24,000 nucleotides of DNA from Oleiharenicola lentus (GCF_004118375.1 NZ_SDHX01000001.1:1095693-1119692), one strand, 5' to 3'. Counted from the first letter of the stretch, positions 7,882-15,341 are shown. Translations and numbers: made by a program. The notes: a model not told the origin generated them from the letters alone.

Positions 7882-9300
7882 ATGTCTGCCCCGGCCGCCG
7901 TTCCCCTCGCGTCCCCGACCTTCGTCCCGTCTCCGGCGGTGGCGGCGGCCGGTGCGCGTTTTCCCGCCGCGGCCCGCGGTTGGTTCGCCTTTGGCGTCGG
8001 CAGCCTCGTGCTTGCGGGTCTGCTCTCGCTCCTGCTCGTCGTCGGCCGCCTGCCGTTCCTAGGCTGGCTGTTCACCGACCCGCTGTTCTTCAAACGCGCC
8101 CTCGTGGTGCATGTCGATCTGGCAATCGTCATCTGGTTTCAGGCCGGCGCCCTCGCGTATCTCGCCTGGGCGGTCGGCTCCCGGGTGCCACGCGGCCTCA
8201 CCGTCGCGTCGGTCGTGCTCGCCGGGCTCGGCATCCTTGGCCTGCTGGCCGGCGCGGTGATGCCGGGGGCACAGCCCATCCTCGCCAACTACGTGCCGGT
8301 CGTGGATCACCCGGTGTTTGTTGCCGGGCTCGTGGCGTGGTTCGCCGGCAGCGGCCTGTATTTTGCCGGCGCGCTCGCGGTGCCGGCGGAGCCGTCGGCG
8401 GCGCTGCCCGATGACGCGCTCGTCGCGCTGCGTGCCTCGGCCGCGGCGCACCTCATCGCGCTGGCGACCTTCGCCGCGGCTTGGCGCACGACGCTGCCGG
8501 GCCTGCCGGCCATCGGCTACTACGAGTTGGTGGCCTGGGGCGGGGGACACGTCATGCAGGTCGGCAACGTCGCCCTGATGCTCGGGCTGTGGTTGCTCCT
8601 GCTCCGCCGCTGGTCCGGCGAGAGCGTGGTCTCGCCCGCCACCATCCGCTGGCTGGCGGTGGCGCTGGTGCTGCCGCAGGCGGTGATGCCCTGGGTGGCC
8701 TGGGGCGGCACGTCGCGGCCGGCTTATTCCGAGATCGCGACGCAGCTGATGCGATGGACGATTTTCCCCGTGGTTCTGATCGTGCTCGGCCTGGGTATCC
8801 GGCACGTCGTGCGGCATGCGGCGAACCGCTCCGCCGGGGGCGGCTGGCGCCTCGTCGGCCTCGCCGGCAGCGCGCTGCTCACCGTGCTGGGCTTCGTGCT
8901 CGGCGCCTTCATCCGCGGCTCCAGCACGCTCGTGCCGGGCCATTACCACTGCGCCATCGGCGCAGTCACTCTCGCGCTGATGACGGCGGCCTACGACTTC
9001 AGCCGCGAGGCCGCGCCGCGCGCCCTCGGCCCGTCGCCGCGGCTCATCCGCTGGCAGCTCGTGCTCTTCGGCGCGGGGCAGGCCGTGTTCGGCCTCGGCT
9101 TTGCACTGGCCGGCGCCTTCGGCCTCGGGCGCAAGCAATACGGCGTCGAGCAGCATGTGCGCTCGCTCGGCGAATACCTCGGCCTCGGCGTGATGGGCCT
9201 CGGCGGTCTCGTGGCGGTGGCCGGCGGCCTCCTCTTTCTCGCCGTCATGCTCCGCGGTCTCGCGGCGTGGCGCACGCGTTCCCTTTCCCCCTCACCATGA
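7882..9300 (+). CDS. divergent 12-TM heme-copper-oxidase subunit-I paralog lacking the helix-VII His-His pair
   Basis: Clear block homology to the subunit I at 10033: ANYVPVVDHPVF vs TSYLPLLAHPAF, WGGGHVMQVGNVALMLGLWLLL vs WGLGHQSQQVNVCAMVAVWYLL, and VPGHYHCAIGAV vs IPGHFHVTVVGG. The helix-II His (VVHVDLAIVIWF) is kept. No HH is present where SAHHLL sits in the paralog. Confidence 0.7.
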   Translation: MSAPAAVPLASPTFVPSPAVAAAGARFPAAARGWFAFGVGSLVLAGLLSLLLVVGRLPFLGWLFTDPLFFKRALVVHVDLAIVIWFQAGALAYLAWAVGSRVPRGLTVASVVLAGLGILGLLAGAVMPGAQPILANYVPVVDHPVFVAGLVAWFAGSGLYFAGALAVPAEPSAALPDDALVALRASAAAHLIALATFAAAWRTTLPGLPAIGYYELVAWGGGHVMQVGNVALMLGLWLLLLRRWSGESVVSPATIRWLAVALVLPQAVMPWVAWGGTSRPAYSEIATQLMRWTIFPVVLIVLGLGIRHVVRHAANRSAGGGWRLVGLAGSALLTVLGFVLGAFIRGSSTLVPGHYHCAIGAVTLALMTAAYDFSREAAPRALGPSPRLIRWQLVLFGAGQAVFGLGFALAGAFGLGRKQYGVEQHVRSLGEYLGLGVMGLGGLVAVAGGLLFLAVMLRGLAAWRTRSLSPSP

Positions 9301-9446
9301 AAAACGAATCCGAAAAACACCCCTGGCAGAAGGTCCTCGACAATCCGTGGCTGCTCCTGGCCCTCGGCGTCCTCGTGCCCTTCCTGTCCTACACCGCGTG
9401 GGGCTGGATCGAGCTCCTGCTCATCAAGCCCGCGCAGCTCCCCTGA
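9297..9446 (+). CDS. 49-aa single-TM membrane peptide (possible small oxidase subunit)
   Basis: ATGA overlap with the upstream stop. Sequence MKNESEKHPWQKVLDNPWLLLALGVLVPFLSYTAWGWIELLLIKPAQLP has one hydrophobic helix. It forms the last 49 codons of track ORF 8481..9446; the rest of that ORF is an Arg/Pro-rich artefact. Confidence 0.5.
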   Translation: MKNESEKHPWQKVLDNPWLLLALGVLVPFLSYTAWGWIELLLIKPAQLP

Positions 9447-9458
9447 ACCGCCGCCGCC

Positions 9459-10010
9459 ATGAGCCTCCGCCCTCTCACCTCCCCCTGGTTCCACGCCCCC
9501 GCCGGCCATGAAAAGCTCTGGCTCGGTGTCGCCATTCTCTGGTGCTTCGTGATGTCGCTGATGATGCCCTACTGGCACTTTCGCGGGAAACAGAACAGCT
9601 CCGGCGAGGCCTACGCCGTCATGCCCGCCGATTTTCTCGCGCGCACCGAGAAATTCGTCGAGGCCAACCGCGTCGGCACCTTCAAGAACCCCACGCCCAA
9701 CGCCTTCGCGGCCGAGCTGCCGCTGGTGGAGCCGCCGGCCGGCGGCGACGCCTACCTCGTGGGCCGCATGTGGCAGTGGTATCCCGCGCTGCGCCTGCGG
9801 CAGGGCGAGACCTACCGCATCCACCTCTCCGCGCTCGACCTGCAGCACGGCTTCTCGCTCCAGCCGCTCAACATGAATTTCCAGGCCGTGCCCGGCTACG
9901 ACCACGTGCTCACGCTCACGCCCACGTCGAAGGGCGAGTTCACCATCGTCTGCAACGAATTCTGCGGCATCGGGCACCACGCGATGACCGGCAAGATCTT
10001 CGTCGAATAA
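9459..10010 (+). CDS. HCO subunit II with complete CuA site (cupredoxin domain, one N-terminal TM helix)
   Basis: CuA ligands are present: DLQHGFSL (His) and CNEFCGIGHHAM (C-x-E-x-C-G-x-x-H-x-x-M). Confidence 0.8.
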   Translation: MSLRPLTSPWFHAPAGHEKLWLGVAILWCFVMSLMMPYWHFRGKQNSSGEAYAVMPADFLARTEKFVEANRVGTFKNPTPNAFAAELPLVEPPAGGDAYLVGRMWQWYPALRLRQGETYRIHLSALDLQHGFSLQPLNMNFQAVPGYDHVLTLTPTSKGEFTIVCNEFCGIGHHAMTGKIFVE

Positions 10011-10032
10011 CCCCGCGACCCTCCCGCCTCCC

Positions 10033-11757
10033 ATGACCTCCGTCTCCGCCACCTTGCCCGTCGGCCCGCACTCGTTGGCCGCGCCCGCCACGCCGAAGCG
10101 CGTCTGCGCCACCACCGGCCTCGGCGTCTGTCTCGACGCCCAGCGTTTCATCAAGCTGCACGCCGTCGTCGGCGTCGTCTTCCTGCTCCTCGGCGGCATC
10201 GCCGCGTTGCTGCTCGCCCTCACGCGCTGGCAGACCGTGCACCTGCTGCCCGCCGACTGGTTCTACCGCGTGCTGACCTTCCACGGCATCAACATGCTGA
10301 TCTTCTGGATCCTGTTCTTCGAGGTCGCCATCCTCTACTTCGCCTGCACCACGCCGCTCAACGCGCGGCTCTTCTCGCGCAAGGTGGCCTGGGTCGGCTT
10401 CGCCCTCATGGGCGTCGGCGCGGTGATGGTGGACTGGGTCATCCTCGCGGGGAAGGCCGACGTCATGATGACGTCCTACCTGCCGCTGCTCGCACACCCC
10501 GCGTTCTACCTCGGCATCATCCTCGTGGCCGTGGGCACGCTGGTCGGCGTGTTCAATTTCTTCGCCACGCTCTACGTCGCCAAGCGGGACCGCGCCTACG
10601 AAGGCTCGATGCCCATCGTGACCTTCGGCGCGCTGGCCGCGGCGATCATCGCGGTGGTCACGCTCCTGCACGGCGCCATCGTCATGATCCCGACCTTTGC
10701 CTACTCGATGGGTTGGATCGGCCAGCCCGACCCGATCTGGTATCGCATCATCTGGTGGGGCCTCGGCCACCAGTCGCAGCAGGTCAACGTCTGCGCCATG
10801 GTCGCGGTCTGGTATCTGCTCTCGCACGTCATTGTCGGCGCGCGCCCGGTCAACGAGGCGGTCTGCCGCACGGCCTTCGCGCTCTACATTTTGTTCATCA
10901 ACATCGCGTCGGCCCACCACCTGCTCGTGGACCCGGCGGTCGGCTCGGCCTGGAAGATCTGGAACACCTCCTACGCGATGTATCTCGCGGTGCTCGCGTC
11001 CATGGTCCACGGCTTCACGGTGCCGGCCGGCGTCGAGATCGCCATGCGCGAGAAGGGTTACACGCGCGGTCTCTTCGGCTGGGTCGTCGCCCTGCCGTGG
11101 CGCAACCCGGCGCTCTCGGGCACCGTGCTCTCGGTGATCATCTTCGGCTTCCTCGGCGGCATCACCGGCGTCACGCTCGGCACGCAGCAGATCAACATCA
11201 TCGCGCACAACACACTGCGCATCCCCGGCCACTTCCACGTCACCGTGGTGGGCGGCACCACCCTGGCGTTCATGGCGCTGGCCTACTACGTGATTCCGCT
11301 GTTCTTTCAGCGCGACTTCATCTGGCGCGGCCTCGCCCGCCTCCAGCCCTGGCTGTTCGGTCTCGGCATCGTCATGCTGTCCTTCGGCATGTCCTTCGCC
11401 GGCTCGATGGGCGTGTCCCGTCGCAGCTGGGACATCGACGCGCAGGGTGTTTACGGTTCGGCGGCCCACCTCTGGCTCGGTGTGCTCGGCCTCGGCGGCG
11501 TGCTGGCCTTTGTCGGCCTGCTGGCTTTCGTACTGCTGTGCGTTGGCACGCTCCTCTTCGGCGAGAAGAACCACGGTCGGCCGATGGCCGACTGGGGCAC
11601 GCCGCCCGCACTCGCCGGGGCGCAGGCCGGTTCGCTGGCCGACAACCACTCGGCGACCAAGGGCACGATCGTGCTGACCCTGGTGTTCCTGGCCTGCTTC
11701 GCGGTTTATTACTTCGCCAACTGGAAGGCGCTGGCCGACGTGTGGCCCGTGCGGTGA
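10033..11757 (+). CDS. HCO superfamily subunit I, B-family-like, lacking the cross-linked Tyr (candidate alternative NO reductase catalytic subunit)
   Basis: The helix-II haem ligand is His84 (TFHGINMLIFW). The helix-VI ligand is His246, with Gln at the +4 position where Tyr sits in O2 reductases (WWGLGHQSQQVN). Helix VII has HH (SAHHLLVDP). Helix X has PGHFHVTVVGG. Confidence 0.8.
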   Translation: MTSVSATLPVGPHSLAAPATPKRVCATTGLGVCLDAQRFIKLHAVVGVVFLLLGGIAALLLALTRWQTVHLLPADWFYRVLTFHGINMLIFWILFFEVAILYFACTTPLNARLFSRKVAWVGFALMGVGAVMVDWVILAGKADVMMTSYLPLLAHPAFYLGIILVAVGTLVGVFNFFATLYVAKRDRAYEGSMPIVTFGALAAAIIAVVTLLHGAIVMIPTFAYSMGWIGQPDPIWYRIIWWGLGHQSQQVNVCAMVAVWYLLSHVIVGARPVNEAVCRTAFALYILFINIASAHHLLVDPAVGSAWKIWNTSYAMYLAVLASMVHGFTVPAGVEIAMREKGYTRGLFGWVVALPWRNPALSGTVLSVIIFGFLGGITGVTLGTQQINIIAHNTLRIPGHFHVTVVGGTTLAFMALAYYVIPLFFQRDFIWRGLARLQPWLFGLGIVMLSFGMSFAGSMGVSRRSWDIDAQGVYGSAAHLWLGVLGLGGVLAFVGLLAFVLLCVGTLLFGEKNHGRPMADWGTPPALAGAQAGSLADNHSATKGTIVLTLVFLACFAVYYFANWKALADVWPVR

Positions 11758-11766
11758 TTCCGGAAC

Positions 11767-11847
11767 TGTAGGGCGGGGTCTCCGAACCCCGCCTTGCGTC
11801 GATCGCGGTAACACGTCCGTGGCGGGGTTCGGAGACCCCGCCCTACA
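11767..11847. repeat. perfect 27-bp inverted repeat (TGTAGGGCGGGGTCTCCGAACCCCGCC / GGCGGGGTTCGGAGACCCCGCCCTACA) with a 27-bp spacer; REP/MITE-like element or terminator
   Basis: Arms at 11767-11793 and 11821-11847 are exact reverse complements. Each arm also folds on itself (GGCGGGG...CCCCGCC). Confidence 0.75.
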
Positions 11848-11858
11848 ACCAAGCAAAC

Positions 11859-12821
11859 ATGCTCATCCCCGCCCACGCCCCTGACGCCCCGCCGGCCGCT
11901 GCCTCCGCCGGCTCCCGCTTCTTCACCGGACCGGGCCTGCTGGTGTTTTTGGGCGCGGCGCTGACCGGCTACGAGGCGTTCCTGCTGCTGACCATCTTCG
12001 GCCCGACCGGAGAGGGTGCGCTGGGCGGCTTCGTGCGGGATTTCCAGCAATGGTGCTACCAGGGCGACCCGCGCACGGGCGGCATGTCGTGGGCCGCCGT
12101 CAGCATCATGTTGCTCGAGCCCGTCATGGTCGTGCTCGTGGCCGGAGTGCTTTGGCGCGATACGGTGGTGCAGCTGCGCTCGCCGGCGCTGTGGCTCCGC
12201 CACCTGCGGGCGGCGGCGGCCGGCCTGGTCGTGGTCGCGGCCGCGGTGGCCGGGCTGGTCGGGTATGCGCAGAGCGATCGTGCCGGCGGGGCTGTGCTCC
12301 CGCCGTTTCCCGGCGAACGCATCCGCGTGCAGCTTGCGGTGCCTGACAAGCCGCTCGTGGACCAGAAGGGCACGCCCTTCCGCCTCGCCGACCTGCGCGG
12401 GCAGGTGGTGCTCGTGACCGGCGTCTATGCCTCATGTTCGACGGCGTGCCCGGAAGTATTCAAGGAGCTGCGCGCCGTGCTGGGCGAACTGCCCGCCGCT
12501 GACCGCGCCGGGTTGCACGTCGTCGCGCTGTCGCTCAACCCCGAATACGAGACTGCCGAGATCATGGACGCCATGGCCGGCGCGCAGGGGCTGGCGTTTC
12601 CCGAGTTCCGTTACGTCAATGGCGAGCGCCCCGACGAGATGCGCGACCTGCTCAAGAGCCTGCAGTTCTCCGTCACGCGCGATCCGGAGACGGGGGTCCT
12701 GAATCACGCGAATCTCTTCCTACTGATTGATCGCGAGGGCCGCATCGCCTTCCGCTTCACGCTCGACCCGCGCCACCGCGCCTGGCTGCGCGAGGGCCTG
12801 CTGCACCTGCTCCGCGAATGA
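11859..12821 (+). CDS. membrane-anchored Sco1/SenC-family protein (multi-TM N-terminal domain plus Sco fold)
   Basis: VVLVTGVYASCSTACP (CxxxC) and a downstream NHANLFLLID His. Three to four N-terminal TM helices. Confidence 0.75.
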   Translation: MLIPAHAPDAPPAAASAGSRFFTGPGLLVFLGAALTGYEAFLLLTIFGPTGEGALGGFVRDFQQWCYQGDPRTGGMSWAAVSIMLLEPVMVVLVAGVLWRDTVVQLRSPALWLRHLRAAAAGLVVVAAAVAGLVGYAQSDRAGGAVLPPFPGERIRVQLAVPDKPLVDQKGTPFRLADLRGQVVLVTGVYASCSTACPEVFKELRAVLGELPAADRAGLHVVALSLNPEYETAEIMDAMAGAQGLAFPEFRYVNGERPDEMRDLLKSLQFSVTRDPETGVLNHANLFLLIDREGRIAFRFTLDPRHRAWLREGLLHLLRE

Positions 12822-14947
12822 GCGCACACCCGCATCCTGAACCGGACTGCGAGGCGCTGGCGGACAATCTGGGCGCTGGTCCTACGCCGGGGGCTGTTCC
12901 GCCTCAGCCGCCGGTCCGCGCCGCGCGGCTGTTTGCCGCGGGCGAAGCGCTTCTCACGCGCCTCGACACGCTGATTGAGCGCGTCTGGCCGCGGGCGCTC
13001 AATCCGCTGGCGCAGCTCGGGCCGGCGACCAACGCCATGCTGCTGCTCGCCACGCTCTCGGGCGTGCTGCTGCTGATCTGGTATTCGGCCAGTGTGCAGT
13101 CGGCGTGGTCGTCGCTGGCGGAACTGGGTCCGCGTTCCGCCGGCGGGATCGTGCGCAGCGTCCACCGCTATTCCTCGGACCTGGCGATGCTGCTCATGCT
13201 GCTGCACGCGCTCCGCACGCTGCTGGCGCGCAAGTTCGCCGATGCGCGCTGGTTGGCCTGGGTGAGCGGCGTGGGGATGCTCGGTCTCGTCTGGTTCATC
13301 GGCTGGACGGGTTACTGGCTGGTGTGGGACGAGCGCGCGCAGCTCGTTGCCACGGGCACGATGAAGGCGGTGGACGTGCTGCCGGTGTTCGGCGAGCCGA
13401 TGCTGCCGCTCTTCAACCATGACCGCACGGTGCCCTCGCTGCTGTTCTTCGTGGTGTTCTTTCTGCACATGGTGCTGCCGCTCGCGATCACCGGTGGGCT
13501 GGCCCTGCATCTGGCGCGCCTGAGCCGGTCGCGCCTGCTGCCCGACCGCCGGCTCACGGCCTGGCTCACCGGGGCGGTGTTCGTTGCGGCCCTGCTCGTG
13601 CCGGCCACCAATGCCGCGTCGGCCCATCTGGCGGTGAAGCCGGCGGCGTTCAGCCTGGACTGGTGGTTTTTGTGGCCGTTGCAACTGACCGCGCGGCTCA
13701 GCGGCCCCGGACTCTGGCTGGCGGCCGGACTGGCCGCCGCCGGACTCTTCACCGTGCCGTGGTGGCTCGCCCGCCGCCGGCTCCGCCCGGCTTTCCAGGC
13801 GACCGTGGATGTTTCTCGCTGCTTTTCATGCACGCTTTGCTCGCACGACTGCCCCTTCGGCGCCATCACGATGGTGCCGCGCACGGACGGGAAACCCTTT
13901 CCCTCGCAGGCGCAGGTGGACCCCGACCGCTGTATCGGCTGCGGCATCTGTGCCGGGGCCTGCGACACCCAGGGCATCGGGCTCGCGTGGTTCGACGCGC
14001 GGCGGGTCGGGCGCGAGCTGGAGGGAATGGTCGCGACGGAACACGCGCGCGGGGCGCGGCCGGCGATCGCCTTTGTCTGTGCGCAGGGTGACGGTGGCTG
14101 GGAACTTTTCGATCATGTGGGCTGGGCGCGGCGGCTGCCCGGCTACACGGTCCGTCCCGTGCCCTGTTCCGGTTGGGTCGAGCCGAAGCTCATCGAACGG
14201 CTCGTGACGAAGGGCGCCGCGGCCGTGCTCATCGTGGGGTGCGGCTCGGCCGAGACCTTCGGCCGCGAGGGCAACCGGTGGATGCCGGCGCGCATCTCCG
14301 GCACGCGCGAGCCTGCGCTCCGGCCCAACCGCGCCGATCCGCTTCGCGTCGCGCACGTGGACTTCGATCCGATCCGCCCGGAACGGCTGGCCATGGTGGC
14401 CGCCGGTCTGCTCCGGGCGGCAGACCCGGCCCCGGCGGTGCACACCGGGCGCACCGCGGGCTGGCTCGCGGGCCTCGGCGTCGCGGTGGCCGGACTGGCC
14501 GGGCTGCTGGCGCTGGCGAACGCGCCATTCCGCAGCCCCGAGCCGCCGGAGCCGGAGTTCATCGTGATGTTCCGCACTTACGGCGACTGGGTCGAAGGCG
14601 TGGCCGCCGACGCGACGCCGGCGGGCGAGGACCAGCGACCGGTGCACATGCGCGCCGCGCAACCGGTGCAGCGCACGCGGCAACCGGTGGTCGTGCGGGT
14701 GACGGTCAACGGCCGCACCGAGGAGCACGTCGTGCGCCCCAAGGGTTTTACTTCCGACGGCATGGCGGTCGGCGAGGTGCGGTGGCGTCTCGCGCCCGGG
14801 GCCCAAACCGCCGAGGTTTACCTGTGGACCCGCGGTGACACCACGGGCGAGCCGGCCCGCCGTTGGCGCGCCGAGTGGACCGCGCAGGCTCGACGCCGAC
14901 ATGTCCTCGCCTACGAGCCCGAAGCCGGTTTTATCTGGGCGCCCTGA
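12818..14947 (+). CDS. fusion protein: di-haem cytochrome b domain + 2x[4Fe-4S] ferredoxin + MvhD/FlpD-like domain + TM helix + C-terminal domain of unknown function
   Basis: ATGA overlap with the upstream gene. Two His pairs are spaced 14 residues apart: SVH116...LLH130 and FLH217...LH231. GWTGYWLVWDERAQ resembles the cytochrome b G-Y-x-L-P-W motif. Two ferredoxin motifs: CFSCTLCSHDCP and CIGCGICAGAC. AFVCAQGDG...PCSGWVEPKLIERLVTKGAAAVLIVGCG resembles hydrogenase delta-subunit-like domains. Confidence 0.65.
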   Translation: MSAHPHPEPDCEALADNLGAGPTPGAVPPQPPVRAARLFAAGEALLTRLDTLIERVWPRALNPLAQLGPATNAMLLLATLSGVLLLIWYSASVQSAWSSLAELGPRSAGGIVRSVHRYSSDLAMLLMLLHALRTLLARKFADARWLAWVSGVGMLGLVWFIGWTGYWLVWDERAQLVATGTMKAVDVLPVFGEPMLPLFNHDRTVPSLLFFVVFFLHMVLPLAITGGLALHLARLSRSRLLPDRRLTAWLTGAVFVAALLVPATNAASAHLAVKPAAFSLDWWFLWPLQLTARLSGPGLWLAAGLAAAGLFTVPWWLARRRLRPAFQATVDVSRCFSCTLCSHDCPFGAITMVPRTDGKPFPSQAQVDPDRCIGCGICAGACDTQGIGLAWFDARRVGRELEGMVATEHARGARPAIAFVCAQGDGGWELFDHVGWARRLPGYTVRPVPCSGWVEPKLIERLVTKGAAAVLIVGCGSAETFGREGNRWMPARISGTREPALRPNRADPLRVAHVDFDPIRPERLAMVAAGLLRAADPAPAVHTGRTAGWLAGLGVAVAGLAGLLALANAPFRSPEPPEPEFIVMFRTYGDWVEGVAADATPAGEDQRPVHMRAAQPVQRTRQPVVVRVTVNGRTEEHVVRPKGFTSDGMAVGEVRWRLAPGAQTAEVYLWTRGDTTGEPARRWRAEWTAQARRRHVLAYEPEAGFIWAP

Positions 14948-14955
14948 GTCCAAGC

Positions 14956-14969
14956 ATGACCTGCATCAA
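14956..14969 (+). promoter_or_regulatory. FNR/Dnr-type box 5 (ATGACCTGCATCAA, then ggc)
   Basis: One mismatch in the left half-site. TATCCT lies at 14992-14997 (22-bp spacer). ATG is at 15020. Confidence 0.55.
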
Positions 14970-15019
14970 GGCGGCGCCCCGCTTCCGGTGCTATCCTGTC
15001 CGCCTCACGTGAACCACCG

Positions 15020-15253
15020 ATGAAACCAAGCCATTTCAAGACCTTCGATGTCCGGCCGCTGCTGGCGCGCGGCGAGGAGCCCTTCGATGCCATCCGCTCG
15101 CGCGTGGATGCGCTTGCGGCGGGGCAGGGCGTCACGATCCTCGCGCCCTTCATGCCCGCGCCTCTTATTGAGCTGCTGAAGAGCGAAGGCTTCGCGTCCG
15201 CGATGGAGCACCGCGCCGACGGCGCGTGGGCCGTGAGTTTCTGGCGGGAGTGA
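15020..15253 (+). CDS. DUF2249-domain protein (77 aa)
   Basis: FDVRPLLARGEEPFDAIRSRVDALAAGQGVTILAPFMPAPLIELL...GAWAVSFWR matches the DUF2249 pattern (DVR, then short helices, then P-x-PL, then W-x-V). This family commonly accompanies hemerythrin/NO-responsive genes. Confidence 0.6.
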   Translation: MKPSHFKTFDVRPLLARGEEPFDAIRSRVDALAAGQGVTILAPFMPAPLIELLKSEGFASAMEHRADGAWAVSFWRE

Positions 15254-15341
15254 GACGGCCGCGTGTGACGAAAACTTTTCCAACAAGGGCTTGGCGCGCG
15301 CACGCGGGCCGCTCTTACTGGGGTCGTTGCTCTGACTTGCG

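Noticed and set aside
8481-9296. Long plus-strand ORF (321 aa) overlapping the HCO paralog
   Set aside because: It is Arg/Pro/Ala-rich off-frame sequence. Only the last 49 codons, from the ATG at 9297 that overlaps the upstream stop, look like a real hydrophobic peptide.
9940-11856. 638-aa minus-strand ORF antisense to the HCO subunit I
   Set aside because: Same reasoning: Arg/Gly/Asp/Glu-rich antisense artefact opposite a 12-plus-TM protein with canonical His ligands.
12704-14953. Minus-strand ORFs 12704..13684 and 13826..14953, antisense to the cytochrome b/FeS fusion
   Set aside because: They are Arg/His/Gln/Pro-rich artefacts. The plus frame carries the correctly spaced His pairs and CxxCxxCxxxC motifs.
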